A stretch of DNA of 64,000 bases from Bryobacteraceae bacterium (GTDB lineage: Bacteria; Acidobacteriota; Terriglobia; Bryobacterales; Bryobacteraceae). Shown here one piece after another: positions 25,882 to 36,196 of the stretch (position 1 is its first letter; each line of letters starts with the position of its first letter). The DNA lies in contig DATAZF010000327.1 of the NCBI GenBank assembly GCA_036272235.1, forward strand, positions 16,862-80,861, in the 5' to 3' direction. The position numbers and the translations under genes were made by a program. The notes beneath the pieces are model-generated. The model made no database searches. It saw only the letters and a list, made by a program, of their open reading frames with translations, and was not told the origin of the DNA.

Positions 25882-28554
25882 TTACGCCTCCTTCAGGGCC
25901 TTGCTCAAGTCGAGCGAGACCATCTTCAGCAACTCCGAATCGCTCAGTTCCGTCAGCAGCAGGTCCGCGCCGCCCTCGAGCAATTCATGCGAAAGCTGGC
26001 GCTTGGCTTCGATCAACTCATCGATTTTCTCTTCCACGGTACCGCGGCAAACAAACTTGTGGACAAGCACATTTTTCGTCTGGCCGATTCGAAAAGCCCG
26101 GTCGGTCGCCTGGTTCTCAACCGCCGGATTCCACCAGCGGTCGAAGTGTACGACGTGCGCCGCGGCGGTTAAGTTCAGACCGACGCCCCCGGCTTTCAAC
26201 GAGAGCACGAAGAAGCCCACCGATTCGTCTTCCTGAAATCGCTTTACAAGTTGTCCCCGGCTCTTTACGTTCGTTTCGCCGTGCAGCACGAGACCTGGAC
26301 GTCCGAACACTGCGCCCAAAAAACCGGCGAGAGGACCCGTGATCTCGCGAAACTGCGTGAACACGAGCATTTTTTCCTGCCGGGATGCGACCACCTCGGC
26401 GATCTCGCGCAGCCGCGTCCATTTCCCGCTTTCGGTTTCGTTCCATGCTCCATCACTCAGCCATTGCGAGGGATGGTTGCAGATCTGTTTGAAGCGCATC
26501 AGATACGAGAGGACCAGCCCTTTACGCTGAATTCCTTCCGCAGTTTTGAGTTGCGCGGCGAGTTCCCCGACGGACTGTTCATACAGGGCAGCCTGCGAAC
26601 GAGTGAGCGGGCAGAATGCTTTGATCTCGGTCTTGTCCGGAAGATCCGGAATTACTGCCTTGTCGGTCTTGAGACGCCGGAGGATGTAAGGCCTTACCAA
26701 CTCGCGCAGCGGGCCCCAGGACGCATGCGGCCCGTCGGCGAGCCGTTTGGTGAAGGCTGTGAACTCCTTTGCGGATCCGAGCAGCCCCGGATTGATGAAA
26801 TCGAACAGCGACCACAGATCCCCCAGGCGGTTTTCCACTGGTGTGCCAGTCAGCGCCATCCGGGCTTCGGGCTTGAGATTCTTCACGGCACGCGTTTGTT
26901 TGGCGGCCGGGTTCTTGATGGCCTGCGCTTCGTCAAGAATCACGAGACGCCAGGAGACCTCACCGATCCATGACACTCGCAGCAGGGAGCCGTAAGTGGT
27001 AATCACCAGATCCACATCGCGCGCGCGATCTCCTTGCAACTTCCTGAACTCTCCTGGCGGCCAGGCCGAGGGATGCGCAATCAGCGCTTTCAGACCCGGC
27101 GCGAATCGCTCGATTTCCGACGCCCAGTTGGCCAGCAGCGAAGCGGGCGCAATCAACAGGCTGGGCTTCGTATGAACCGCCGATTCACCTTTGAGCACGA
27201 GTAGCAGCGCGAGCACCTGGATCGTCTTGCCAAGCCCCATGTCGTCGGCCAGACAGGCGCCGAGGCCGAGCCTGCTCAGCAGGTGGAGCCATCGAACGCC
27301 AGTCCGCTGATATGGCCGAAGCGTACCCTTCAGCGCATCGCCTGGATCGGGGCCGCCCAGACCCTCGGGGCTCCGCAGCGCACGCAGGGTTTCCGCCAGC
27401 CACGGGCCCGCAACCATCTCCGCCCAATCAGGACCATCGCCCGTTTCCGCATCCGCAAGGCCGGGGTCGGCTCCCGCGATCAGACGCGACGCTTCGCCGA
27501 AACTGAGGCCGTTCTCGCGAGCCGCTCGCTCAACTTCGCCAAAGCGATCGATCATCAGCTTCAGGCGTTCCCCGTCGAGTTCGATCCAACGCCCTCGTAT
27601 CAGAGCCAGCCCATCCGATTTGGCCAGCAACTCCCGGATCTCTGCGGCTGTGAGCGTTTCACCGTCGAGTGTGACCTCCATATGGAAATCGAGCAGCGCA
27701 TCGCTGCCGATTCCGGACGGAGGCTTCCTTCCCACTGTCCCCGTCACACGCGGACGAGCCGGACGATTTTGCCGCCAGGCCGCGGGCATACGAACGACGA
27801 CACCGGCTGCTTCGAGCGCGGGGACGTCTCGCAGGAGTTGGAGGGCTTCGCCCGGCGTCCAGCGCAACGGATGGAAGATTTCACCCGCATCCACCATAGT
27901 CTTCAACCACGCGCACGATTCCGCCGCCCGTTGCACAGGTAGAAGGAGCGAGAGGAGACGTTCTCTATTCGCTGCGCCCGCATATTCGCTGAGCGCCTTT
28001 CCCAGAGGCAGGTGCTGTGGTTTGGCCTGCTGCGAGAGGTGTGTTGTATACGTAGCGAGAAAGGCAAAGGGGGCTTCCGGATCTTTCCGGTTCTCGGCCA
28101 GATTGAAGTGGACGCGCCCGACGAGGTTCCATGCGGGGTTACGCCGCTTGAGGAATTCCTGCGCGCCGCAACCGGATTCGGATAATTCAGTTACGAGGGC
28201 GTTATCGAGATCCAGCCATAGAGATTGGAGGACATCCGAGGTCAAATATTCGGCGCCGTTAATCGGCGGGGCCGAGAGGACAATTTTTTCGAGGTCCTCT
28301 CGTGATGGTGCTGCGGTCTGCTGTGTGCAGAAAGCGGCTACATATCGGGCGCCGAATTCCCGCCACCAGGCGAGGACAGGAGGCAGGGCGGAACTGGCTT
28401 CATCGAGACCGAGGAGTAGAAGTCCGTGGCCTGATCCCCGTTCGAACGCCTTCCGCAGCCGTGCGGCAAGGTCTTCGTTAAGTGGCTGCTCGGCTTCTCC
28501 GCCGGAAAGAACCAGATGTCCATGTGGGGTGAGCTTGAGTGTAACGCCGTCCAT
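25882..28554 (-). CDS. SNF2-family helicase/ATPase with bacterial SNF2-associated N-terminal domain
   Basis: LADDMGLGKTIQ (motif I), ILDEAQAIKN (motif II), LTGTPVENRL and the C-terminal helicase motifs (LSLKAGGVGLNLT, QATDRAFRIGQ) are present. The ORF extends to ATG 28641, but that would overlap the divergent dnaE2 start. ATG 28554 has GAGG 6 nt upstream. Confidence 0.9.
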   Translation of the reverse strand: MDGVTLKLTPHGHLVLSGGEAEQPLNEDLAARLRKAFERGSGHGLLLLGLDEASSALPPVLAWWREFGARYVAAFCTQQTAAPSREDLEKIVLSAPPINGAEYLTSDVLQSLWLDLDNALVTELSESGCGAQEFLKRRNPAWNLVGRVHFNLAENRKDPEAPFAFLATYTTHLSQQAKPQHLPLGKALSEYAGAANRERLLSLLLPVQRAAESCAWLKTMVDAGEIFHPLRWTPGEALQLLRDVPALEAAGVVVRMPAAWRQNRPARPRVTGTVGRKPPSGIGSDALLDFHMEVTLDGETLTAAEIRELLAKSDGLALIRGRWIELDGERLKLMIDRFGEVERAARENGLSFGEASRLIAGADPGLADAETGDGPDWAEMVAGPWLAETLRALRSPEGLGGPDPGDALKGTLRPYQRTGVRWLHLLSRLGLGACLADDMGLGKTIQVLALLLVLKGESAVHTKPSLLIAPASLLANWASEIERFAPGLKALIAHPSAWPPGEFRKLQGDRARDVDLVITTYGSLLRVSWIGEVSWRLVILDEAQAIKNPAAKQTRAVKNLKPEARMALTGTPVENRLGDLWSLFDFINPGLLGSAKEFTAFTKRLADGPHASWGPLRELVRPYILRRLKTDKAVIPDLPDKTEIKAFCPLTRSQAALYEQSVGELAAQLKTAEGIQRKGLVLSYLMRFKQICNHPSQWLSDGAWNETESGKWTRLREIAEVVASRQEKMLVFTQFREITGPLAGFLGAVFGRPGLVLHGETNVKSRGQLVKRFQEDESVGFFVLSLKAGGVGLNLTAAAHVVHFDRWWNPAVENQATDRAFRIGQTKNVLVHKFVCRGTVEEKIDELIEAKRQLSHELLEGGADLLLTELSDSELLKMVSLDLSKALKEA

Positions 28555-28634
28555 TCTGGCCTCATCAGCGTAGCAGGCCGGGTTGAAACCTTCATTTTCG
28601 CTATTTATTCGCCTATACTGGTAGCGGGAATTCC

Positions 28635-31600
28635 ATGCCATCTGCTTACGTGGAACTACATGCTCGCTCCGCTTTCAGTTTTCTCTGCGGCGCCAGTGTT
28701 CCCGAGGATTACGCCACATGCTGCGCCAGTCTTGACCAGCCTGGAATGGCGCTGCTCGATGTCGACGGCGTCTACGGGGCGCCGCGCTTTCATCAGGCAA
28801 TGAAAAAAGCCGGCCTCGCGTCGTATGTCGGCGCCGAAGTCACCTGCACCGATGGCGCGCGCTATCCACTGCTGGCCACCAGTCAGCGCGGATATCAGAA
28901 TCTTTGCCGGATGATCTCGCGTATGAAGCTGCGGACCGCCAAATATCCGAAGCCGGGGCGGGAAGCCGCTGCCACCCGCGAAGAGTTAGCCGGGTTTTCC
29001 GAAGGATTGATTTGCCTGACCGGCGCCGAAGACGGACCGCTCGCACATGGTTTGAACAAAAAAGAAGGACGCCTGACCATAGAGCGCCTGCAGCAAACCT
29101 TCGGCGCGAAGAACGTTTATCTGGAACTGCAGCGTCACTTTCATCGCGACGAGGAGGCACGCAACCAGGCTGTCATCGAATTGGGTCGAAGCCTGCGTCT
29201 GCCCCTGGTTGCCACCAATGGAGTTTGTTACGCCCGGCCTTCCGACAGACAATTGCTCGATGTTTTCACCTGCCTGCGGCACCACACCACGCTGGCGTTG
29301 GCGGGCCGGCTGCTGGAATGGAACGCCGAGCAGTATCCGAAATCGACAACGGAGATGCTGCAACTCTTCGATGATGTGCCCGATGCGATCGCCAATACAA
29401 AAGAAATCGCTTCCCGATTGCAGTTTGCGCTTACCGATCTGGGTTACCAGTTTCCGCACTATCCGGTTCCCGAAGGTCAGACTGAAGCAAGCTTTCTGTG
29501 CAAGCTGACCGAAGAATTTGGCCGGCGGCGGTTCGGAGACGAATATGAATCCGCGCGGCCGCAACTCGAGCGCGAACTGGCGCTGATCGCCAGGCTGGGC
29601 TTTGATGGATATTTTCTGATCGTCTGGGACATCGTCGAATACTGCAGGAAACAAGGAATTCTAATTCAGGGACGCGGCTCTGCCGCCAATAGCGCCGTGT
29701 GTTATGCGCTCGGCATCACGGCTGTCGATTCCGTAAAAATGAAACTGTTGTTCGAGCGGTTTCTGTCGGAAAACCGCGGGGAGTGGCCCGATATCGACCT
29801 CGATCTTCCTTCCGGCGAGCAGCGCGAAAAAGCGATTCAGTACGTTTATGAGCGCTATGGAAAACTGGGCGCCGCCATGACCGCGAATGTGATCACCTAT
29901 CGCGGACGGTCCGCTGCGCGCGAAGCGGGCAAGGTAATGGGGTTCGACGCCGAGACGCTGGGCACTCTTTCGAAGCTGGTGCCGATGTGGGGCTGGAAAG
30001 ATTCCTCGGACACTCCCGAAAAACATTTTCGCGAGGCCGGCCTCGATGTCTCCAACAGAAAAGTACATAAGTTTCTGGAACTGGTGACAGGACTGCAGGA
30101 CCTGCCGCGCCATCTCGGCCAGCACTCCGGCGGCATGGTGATCTGCCAGGGCCAGCTCGATTCGGTGGTGCCGCTCGAACCCGCCAGCATGCCGGGCCGG
30201 GTGGTAGTGCAGTGGGACAAGGAAGACTGCGCCGACATGGGCATCGTCAAAGTCGATCTGCTGGGGCTGGGAATGATGGCTGTGCTCGAAGAATCCGTTG
30301 AGCTCATCGACCGGCATTACGGAGAGAAAGTCGATCTGGCGCATTTGCCGCCTGACGATCCCAAAGTGTACGAGGCGCTGCAGCGTGCGGACACGATCGG
30401 ACTTTTCCAGGTGGAGAGCCGCGCGCAACAGGCTTCTTTACCGCGCATGAAGCCCACGAAGTTTTACGATCTTGTGGTGCAGGTGGCCATTATCCGGCCG
30501 GGTCCGATTGAAGGCAAGATGGCGCATCCTTATCTGGCGCGGCGGCAAGGCCGGGAAGCGCCGGAGCCGTTGCATCCATTGCTCGATGAAATTCTGAAAC
30601 GCACGCTGGGAGTGCCGTTATTTCAGGAACAGCTTCTCCGAATGGCCATGGCCGCGGCCGATTTCACCGGCGGCGAAGCCGAAGAATTACGCCGCGCTTT
30701 CGGTTTCAAGCGCTCCGAAAAGCGCATGCATGAAATCGAAGGAAAACTGCGCGCCGGGATGGATCGAAAAGGCATCACGGGGCAATCGCAGGACAAGATC
30801 GTGAAAGCGATCACCTCGTTCGCCATGTTCGGTTTCCCCGAATCGCACGCCGCCAGTTTCGCTTTACTCGCCTACGCCAGCGCCTGGCTGCGGACGTATT
30901 ATCTGGCGGCATTCACCTGCGCGCTGCTCAACAACCAGCCGATGGGCTTCTATCATCCTTCGACCCTCGTGAAAGACGCGCAACGGCATGGGCTGCGAGT
31001 GCTGCCGGTGGATATCAATCGGTCCACGGACGTTTGCACCCTCGAAGATCTTCAACTTCGCCTGGGGCTGAATTACGTGCGGGGACTGAATCGAAGGACA
31101 GCCGCCGCCATTGCGGAGAGGCGGCCATTTTCGAGCATTGACGATCTGGCGCTGCGCGTCCCGGAACTCACTAAAGATGAGATGGAAAAGCTGGCTGCTG
31201 TTGGCTCCCTCAATTCCATCGGCGCAAAGCATCGGCGGGATGCGCTCTGGAAGGCATCCTGGGCGGCGCGGCCCGCGAACGACCTTTTGCGGCAGGTTCC
31301 TGAGCCTGCCCCCGAAGCGCCTCTCCGGCAAATGACGCTCGACGAGCGGCTGGTGGCCGATTGCATTGGTACCGGGATGACCGTTGGGAAACATCCCATG
31401 GCGCATCGACGCGCGGAGATGGAGAAACTACACGTCACCCCTGCCGCCGCACTGCCTTCTCTGGCTCATGGCCGTATCGTTCGCGTGGCCGGAAATGTGA
31501 TTGTGCGCCAGCGCCCGGGCACGGCTAAAGGGATCATGTTCATGAGCCTCGAAGACGAGACCGGCATCTCAAACGTTGTCTTCATGCCGGATACCTTCGA

Positions 31601-31751
31601 CGACCAGCGGCTTCAGATTCTGGCCCACCCGTGGGTGATGGTCGAAGGGAAGATGCAGAATGTCGACAGCGTGATCCACATTCTGGCGAAGCGTGTCGTG
31701 CCTTTACCCGACCCGCTGGAATTGGGCGCAAACTCGCACGATTTTCATTAA
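28635..31751 (+). CDS. dnaE2: error-prone DNA polymerase III alpha-like subunit DnaE2
   Basis: 1038 aa. The N-terminus YVELHARSAFSFLCGASVPED is the PHP domain, and both the length and the N-terminus are typical of DnaE2 rather than DnaE1. Polymerase core LGLGMMAVL...IGLFQVES. C-terminal OB-like region. Confidence 0.9.
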   Translation: MPSAYVELHARSAFSFLCGASVPEDYATCCASLDQPGMALLDVDGVYGAPRFHQAMKKAGLASYVGAEVTCTDGARYPLLATSQRGYQNLCRMISRMKLRTAKYPKPGREAAATREELAGFSEGLICLTGAEDGPLAHGLNKKEGRLTIERLQQTFGAKNVYLELQRHFHRDEEARNQAVIELGRSLRLPLVATNGVCYARPSDRQLLDVFTCLRHHTTLALAGRLLEWNAEQYPKSTTEMLQLFDDVPDAIANTKEIASRLQFALTDLGYQFPHYPVPEGQTEASFLCKLTEEFGRRRFGDEYESARPQLERELALIARLGFDGYFLIVWDIVEYCRKQGILIQGRGSAANSAVCYALGITAVDSVKMKLLFERFLSENRGEWPDIDLDLPSGEQREKAIQYVYERYGKLGAAMTANVITYRGRSAAREAGKVMGFDAETLGTLSKLVPMWGWKDSSDTPEKHFREAGLDVSNRKVHKFLELVTGLQDLPRHLGQHSGGMVICQGQLDSVVPLEPASMPGRVVVQWDKEDCADMGIVKVDLLGLGMMAVLEESVELIDRHYGEKVDLAHLPPDDPKVYEALQRADTIGLFQVESRAQQASLPRMKPTKFYDLVVQVAIIRPGPIEGKMAHPYLARRQGREAPEPLHPLLDEILKRTLGVPLFQEQLLRMAMAAADFTGGEAEELRRAFGFKRSEKRMHEIEGKLRAGMDRKGITGQSQDKIVKAITSFAMFGFPESHAASFALLAYASAWLRTYYLAAFTCALLNNQPMGFYHPSTLVKDAQRHGLRVLPVDINRSTDVCTLEDLQLRLGLNYVRGLNRRTAAAIAERRPFSSIDDLALRVPELTKDEMEKLAAVGSLNSIGAKHRRDALWKASWAARPANDLLRQVPEPAPEAPLRQMTLDERLVADCIGTGMTVGKHPMAHRRAEMEKLHVTPAAALPSLAHGRIVRVAGNVIVRQRPGTAKGIMFMSLEDETGISNVVFMPDTFDDQRLQILAHPWVMVEGKMQNVDSVIHILAKRVVPLPDPLELGANSHDFH

Positions 31752-31805
31752 ATGGAGCCCTGGCTGAGGTAGCGATCCATGGTGATCTCTATGGGCGGAG
31801 TCAGC

Positions 31806-32618
31806 TCAGCTCATGTGCCCTGGATCCACATCCAGCCGCACCGCGATCCCCTCCACCTCAGGGCTCACAGCCGGATAGTACTTCATGACAAGCGGATCAT
31901 GTCCCGGCACAATGTGGTCCGGAGAATCTGCGAGCCGGTAAAGCGTGTTGTAGCCTTCCAGCATTTCCGCAATGTTGTAAACGACCGGGAACGGACGGCG
32001 CTGTTGAAAATTCGCATAAAGATGCGAAGCGTCCGAAGCAACCACCACCCAGCCGCGCTTCGTCCAGACACGCGCGATCTGCAAACCGGCGGAATGCCCT
32101 CCAACCCGGTGCAGCGTCAAGCCCGGCACAAGCTCCGTATCGCCATCGTGGAAGACTGCTTTTTCGGTAAAAACGTGCCGGACCATCTGCAGAATATCCG
32201 CCAGATCGAACGGTGCGCGCAACGTCTGATGGCACATGCACCGCCCGGTCGCATAGGACATGTCGCGGTCCTGCAAATGAAAGCGGGCGTTCGGAAAGCG
32301 GTCGAGATTGCCGGCGTGATCGTAGTGGAGATGTGTGAGGATCACATCGGTGATCCCGCCCGCGTCCATGCCGATCAACGGCAGCGCGTCCGCCGGATTG
32401 CGCAGCAGATTGCGTCCGCGGCGTGTCGCCGCTTCCTGCGCGAAGCCGGTGTCGATCAGATAAGCACAGTCGGAGCGGCGTGCGATCCAGACAAAATAGT
32501 CAAGGTCGGAGGCGAACTCGTGCGGATCGGCCAGAATGAAATTTTCGCCCGGATGACGATTGCCAAGATGCGCGTACCGGATCGCGATGATCTCAAACGG
32601 TTCGATGTGAGCCGACAC
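31806..32618 (-). CDS. MBL-fold metallo-hydrolase (N-acyl-homoserine-lactonase-like)
   Basis: ILTHLHYDHAGN is the HxHxDH motif. The ORF-track start at 32747 would overlap thrS by 113 nt. In-frame GTG at 32618 (VSAHIEPFEIIAIRY) lies 14 nt after the thrS stop. Confidence 0.75.
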   Translation of the reverse strand: MSAHIEPFEIIAIRYAHLGNRHPGENFILADPHEFASDLDYFVWIARRSDCAYLIDTGFAQEAATRRGRNLLRNPADALPLIGMDAGGITDVILTHLHYDHAGNLDRFPNARFHLQDRDMSYATGRCMCHQTLRAPFDLADILQMVRHVFTEKAVFHDGDTELVPGLTLHRVGGHSAGLQIARVWTKRGWVVVASDASHLYANFQQRRPFPVVYNIAEMLEGYNTLYRLADSPDHIVPGHDPLVMKYYPAVSPEVEGIAVRLDVDPGHMS

Positions 32619-32634
32619 GGCAAACCCCAATCGC

Positions 32635-34572
32635 CTACTCGTTGGTCCTGGCGGCGATTTCCGCGGTGATGGTGCGGATGAACTCATCCACGCTGGTAGG
32701 GCCCAGGTCCGCGCGTTTCCGATGGCGGACGGCGACCTGCCCCGCATCCGCCTCCCGGCCGCCGATGACGAGCATATAAGGGACCTTTTGCATCTGCGCG
32801 TCGCGGATCTTCAGGTTCACCTTTTCGTTGCGATCATCCACAAACACCCGCACTCCCGCCGCTTTGAGCCTGTCAGCGACCTTGTTCGCATATGCAGATT
32901 GCTTGTCCGTAATCGGCAGCACAGCCGCCTGCACCGGCGCCAGCCAAACCGGGAACGCACCCGCGTAGTGCTCGATCAGAATTCCGAAGAAACGCTCCAC
33001 CGATCCGAACAACGCGCGGTGCACCATCACCGGACGATGCTTCTTCCCATCCTCGGCAATGTATTCAAGCTCGAAGCGCCGCGGCAGAGTGAAATCGAAC
33101 TGCACCGTCGAGAGCTGCCACAACCGGCCGATCGCGTCGACCAGTTTCACATCGATCTTCGGACCGTAAAACGCCGCTTCATCCGGAATCACGGTCGCGT
33201 GGATCCCCAGCCGGTCGCAGGCCTTGCGCAACGCGCCCTCGGCCAGCGCCCAATTTTCCGGCTCGCCGTCGTATTTGCCGCTGGCGCCGCCGTCCCACGT
33301 CGAGATCTCGGCTTTGTATTCCTTGAAGCCGAACGTGTTCAGCGTATCGGTCGCGAAGTCGAGGCAGTTCACGATCTCGTCTTCAACCTGCTCTGGTGTG
33401 CAGAAGATGTGCGCGTCATCCTGCGTGAAGCCGCGCACGCGCAGGAGCCCGTGCATGGTACCCGAACGTTCGTAGCGATAGACCGTGCCCAACTCGCCGA
33501 GTCGCACCGGAAGATCGCGATAACTGTGCTGCTTGTCGCGATAAATCAGAATGTGGCCAGGGCAGTTCATCGGTTTGAGCTGGTATTCCGCATCATCCAG
33601 CTCAATCGGCGTGAACATGTTATCCGAATAGAACCCGGCGTGGCCGGAAACCTTCCAGAGCTCGCGCCGCATGACGTGCGGTGTGTAGACGAGCGAATAC
33701 CCGCGCTTCAGATAGGCGTCGCGCATCCAGTCTTCGAGTTGTTTGCGGACCAGCCCGCCCTTCGGATGAAAGAAAATCAGGCCTGGTCCGGCAAGCTCCT
33801 GAATGCTGAAGAGATCGAGCTCCTGACCGAGCTTGCGGTGATCGCGCTTCTTCGCCTCTTCAAGTTTGTTCAGGTACTCGTCGAGTTCCTTCTTCGTGAA
33901 CCACGCGGTTCCATAAATTCGCTGGAGCTGCTTGTTCTTTTCATCGCCCTTCCAATAAGCGCCGGCGATGGAAAGCAGCTTGAACGCCTTGATCTTCGAC
34001 GTGTCCGGAAGATGTGGACCGCGGCAGAAATCGATGAAATCCGGCCCCAGCGTGTATTCGGAGAAGATATCGTCCGCACGCTCTTCGATGAGCTCGACCT
34101 TCATCGGCTCATTCATGGCGCGGTATTTCGCGAGACCCTCCGGCTTCGGAATCAGCTGGCGATCGTAAGTCAGATTCTTCGCCTGCAGCTCCCACATCTT
34201 CTTTTCGATCTTTTCCAGATCTTCCGGCGTGAAAGGCTCGGGGCGGTCGAAGTCGTAGTAGAAGCCGTTTTCGATCGGCGGACCGATGCCCAGCTTCGTC
34301 TCCGGAAAAAGCTCCAACACCGCGGCGGCGCACAAATGCGCGGTCGAGTGGCGATAGACGAACAGAGCTTCGGGATCTCTCGCCGTCAGGATCTGCACTT
34401 TCACGTCGCCTTCGAGCGGCCGCTTCAGATCGTAGAGATTGTCGTTGACCTTCGCGACGACCGCCGCATCAGCCAGGCGCGGGCTGATATTGCGGGCTAC
34501 ATCGAGCGCAGAGCTTCCCGACGGGACTTCCTGGACACTGCCATCCGGCAGGGTGACTTGAATGCTGCTCAT
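32635..34572 (-). CDS. thrS: threonine--tRNA ligase
   Basis: 645 aa. TGS N-terminus MSSIQVTLPDGSVQEV, editing-domain HSTAHL, class II core (FRGFTQDDAHIF-like RVRGFTQDDAHIFC) and anticodon-binding C-terminus. Confidence 0.97.
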   Translation of the reverse strand: MSSIQVTLPDGSVQEVPSGSSALDVARNISPRLADAAVVAKVNDNLYDLKRPLEGDVKVQILTARDPEALFVYRHSTAHLCAAAVLELFPETKLGIGPPIENGFYYDFDRPEPFTPEDLEKIEKKMWELQAKNLTYDRQLIPKPEGLAKYRAMNEPMKVELIEERADDIFSEYTLGPDFIDFCRGPHLPDTSKIKAFKLLSIAGAYWKGDEKNKQLQRIYGTAWFTKKELDEYLNKLEEAKKRDHRKLGQELDLFSIQELAGPGLIFFHPKGGLVRKQLEDWMRDAYLKRGYSLVYTPHVMRRELWKVSGHAGFYSDNMFTPIELDDAEYQLKPMNCPGHILIYRDKQHSYRDLPVRLGELGTVYRYERSGTMHGLLRVRGFTQDDAHIFCTPEQVEDEIVNCLDFATDTLNTFGFKEYKAEISTWDGGASGKYDGEPENWALAEGALRKACDRLGIHATVIPDEAAFYGPKIDVKLVDAIGRLWQLSTVQFDFTLPRRFELEYIAEDGKKHRPVMVHRALFGSVERFFGILIEHYAGAFPVWLAPVQAAVLPITDKQSAYANKVADRLKAAGVRVFVDDRNEKVNLKIRDAQMQKVPYMLVIGGREADAGQVAVRHRKRADLGPTSVDEFIRTITAEIAARTNE

Positions 34573-34663
34573 AGTTAGGAAACTACAAGGTTAACATCCG
34601 AAGACGGCAACGCCGCGCTTGAAGCCGGTCTTCGCGGTCCAGCCGGTCAACGCTGATTATTGC

Positions 34664-36196
34664 TTAACGGGCTGCAAGGAGCGCGCGAAGCCGGCGCGCC
34701 CGCTCCGGAGCTCGTAGCTGGCGCAAGGCCTTCGCTTCAATCTGACGGATCCGTTCGCGAGTGACGTCAAACTCCTGGCCAATCTCTTCGAGCGTGTGCT
34801 CACGTTCGCAGCCAATGCCGAAACGCAGACGGATGACCTTCTCCTCTTTGGGAGAAAGCGTCTTCAAAATGCCTGCCGTCTCATCCCGTACATTGGATTC
34901 AATGACGGCGTCGACCGGCGATCCCACCCAGCGGTCTTCGATCAGATCGCCAAGCGCGGATTCGCCATCGCGCCCCACGGGCGTCTCGAGCGACACAGGG
35001 TCACGCGAGATGGTCTTCAGCTTCTGAACCTTCTCGACCGGAATATCCATCCGGCGGCTGATTTCTTCGTTGGTCGGTGTGCGCCCGAGTTCCTTTTCCA
35101 GCTCGCGGGAAGCGCGCAGGAACTTGTTCATGCTCTCGTTCATGTGAACGGGAATACGAATGGTGCGGGATTGATCGGCGATCGCGCGGGTTATGGCCTG
35201 ACGGATCCACCACGTGGCATAGGTCGAAAACTTATATCCGCGGCGGTACTCGAACTTGTCGGCCGCGCGCATGAGGCCGATGTTGCCTTCCTGAATAAGA
35301 TCGAGCAGGTGCAGGCCGCGGTTGACGTACTTCTTGGCGACGGAAACGACGAGCCGAAGGTTGGCTTCGACAAGATCCTTTTTGGCGCGCTCGGCTTCCT
35401 GCTCTCCGTGGCGAATCACGGTGAGTGTGTGTTTGAGCTCTTCGAGTGAAGCGGCCGCGGACACTTCGCGCTTCTTGATCTCCCGCTTCAACTCGCGGAT
35501 GCGCGGCTGCTGAGCGGCGTTATTCTTGCCTTCGAGCTTCTTGAGCTCGCGGTCCAGGTGATTGAGCTCATCGACGGCGCGATCGATTTCGCGCGTGAAC
35601 TCGCGCCAGCGGCTGGAAATCCACGGTACATGACGGATGGCGAGCGAAGTTTCGACCAGCGCGCGAAAAAGCTTCATCACCAGCTTGCGGCGGGCGCGCT
35701 TGTTACCGGGAACGGCGGTCTCCAGTTTTTCCTGAAGCTGCGTCTGCTTCCGGTGGGCAGTCTGGATTTCGACGAAGATTGCCCGAATGTCGGCCCGCTT
35801 CTTGGCGTCCGCCGGCGTTCCTTCTTCGATGTCCCCGCCGATGTCGACCATGTTGTCAAGATCGTCCGGGTTCTTCTTAAGTTGTTCGGCCAGCTCAACG
35901 ACCGCCAACTGCACAAGGGCAGATCGGCTGATCGCCTTTTGCATCCGGAGCTTACCCCGTTCCATGCGCCGCGCCAGGTCGACTTCACCCTCACGCGTCA
36001 GAAGCGGAACCGCCCCCATTTCACGCAGATAGACGCGAACGGGGTCGTCAGTATAGATCGATTCCTCTACCGGCTGCTGGTGCGGGTGGAGAAAGTCTGC
36101 TTCGGCTTCCGGATCGAAGAATTTGGTGGCTTCTTCTTCAAAATTGATCCCTACAGGAGCTTCGCGGAGAAATTGATCGTCGTCGTCATGCGCCAT
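34664..36196 (-). CDS. rpoD: RNA polymerase primary sigma factor
   Basis: Region 2 is [27 protein letters not shown] and region 4 is [28 protein letters not shown]. 510 aa. Confidence 0.97.
   Translation of the reverse strand: MAHDDDDQFLREAPVGINFEEEATKFFDPEAEADFLHPHQQPVEESIYTDDPVRVYLREMGAVPLLTREGEVDLARRMERGKLRMQKAISRSALVQLAVVELAEQLKKNPDDLDNMVDIGGDIEEGTPADAKKRADIRAIFVEIQTAHRKQTQLQEKLETAVPGNKRARRKLVMKLFRALVETSLAIRHVPWISSRWREFTREIDRAVDELNHLDRELKKLEGKNNAAQQPRIRELKREIKKREVSAAASLEELKHTLTVIRHGEQEAERAKKDLVEANLRLVVSVAKKYVNRGLHLLDLIQEGNIGLMRAADKFEYRRGYKFSTYATWWIRQAITRAIADQSRTIRIPVHMNESMNKFLRASRELEKELGRTPTNEEISRRMDIPVEKVQKLKTISRDPVSLETPVGRDGESALGDLIEDRWVGSPVDAVIESNVRDETAGILKTLSPKEEKVIRLRFGIGCEREHTLEEIGQEFDVTRERIRQIEAKALRQLRAPERARRLRALLAAR

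Noticed and set aside
28555-28634. Search for a LexA/SOS box upstream of dnaE2
   Set aside because: Neither CTGT-N8-ACAG nor GTTC-N7-GTTC-type repeats are present in the 80-bp spacer, so no box is reported.
32722-34578. 618-aa ORF on the + strand covering almost all of thrS in antisense
   Set aside because: thrS on the minus strand is unambiguous. The antisense translation is Arg/Leu/His-rich with no motif. Long antisense ORFs are an expected artefact of GC-rich coding DNA.
34573-34663. Imperfect hairpin GAAGACCGGC...GCCGTCTTC between rpoD stop and thrS start
   Set aside because: The stem is bulged and lacks a convincing U-tract. It could be a weak rpoD terminator, but the evidence is too thin to list as a feature.
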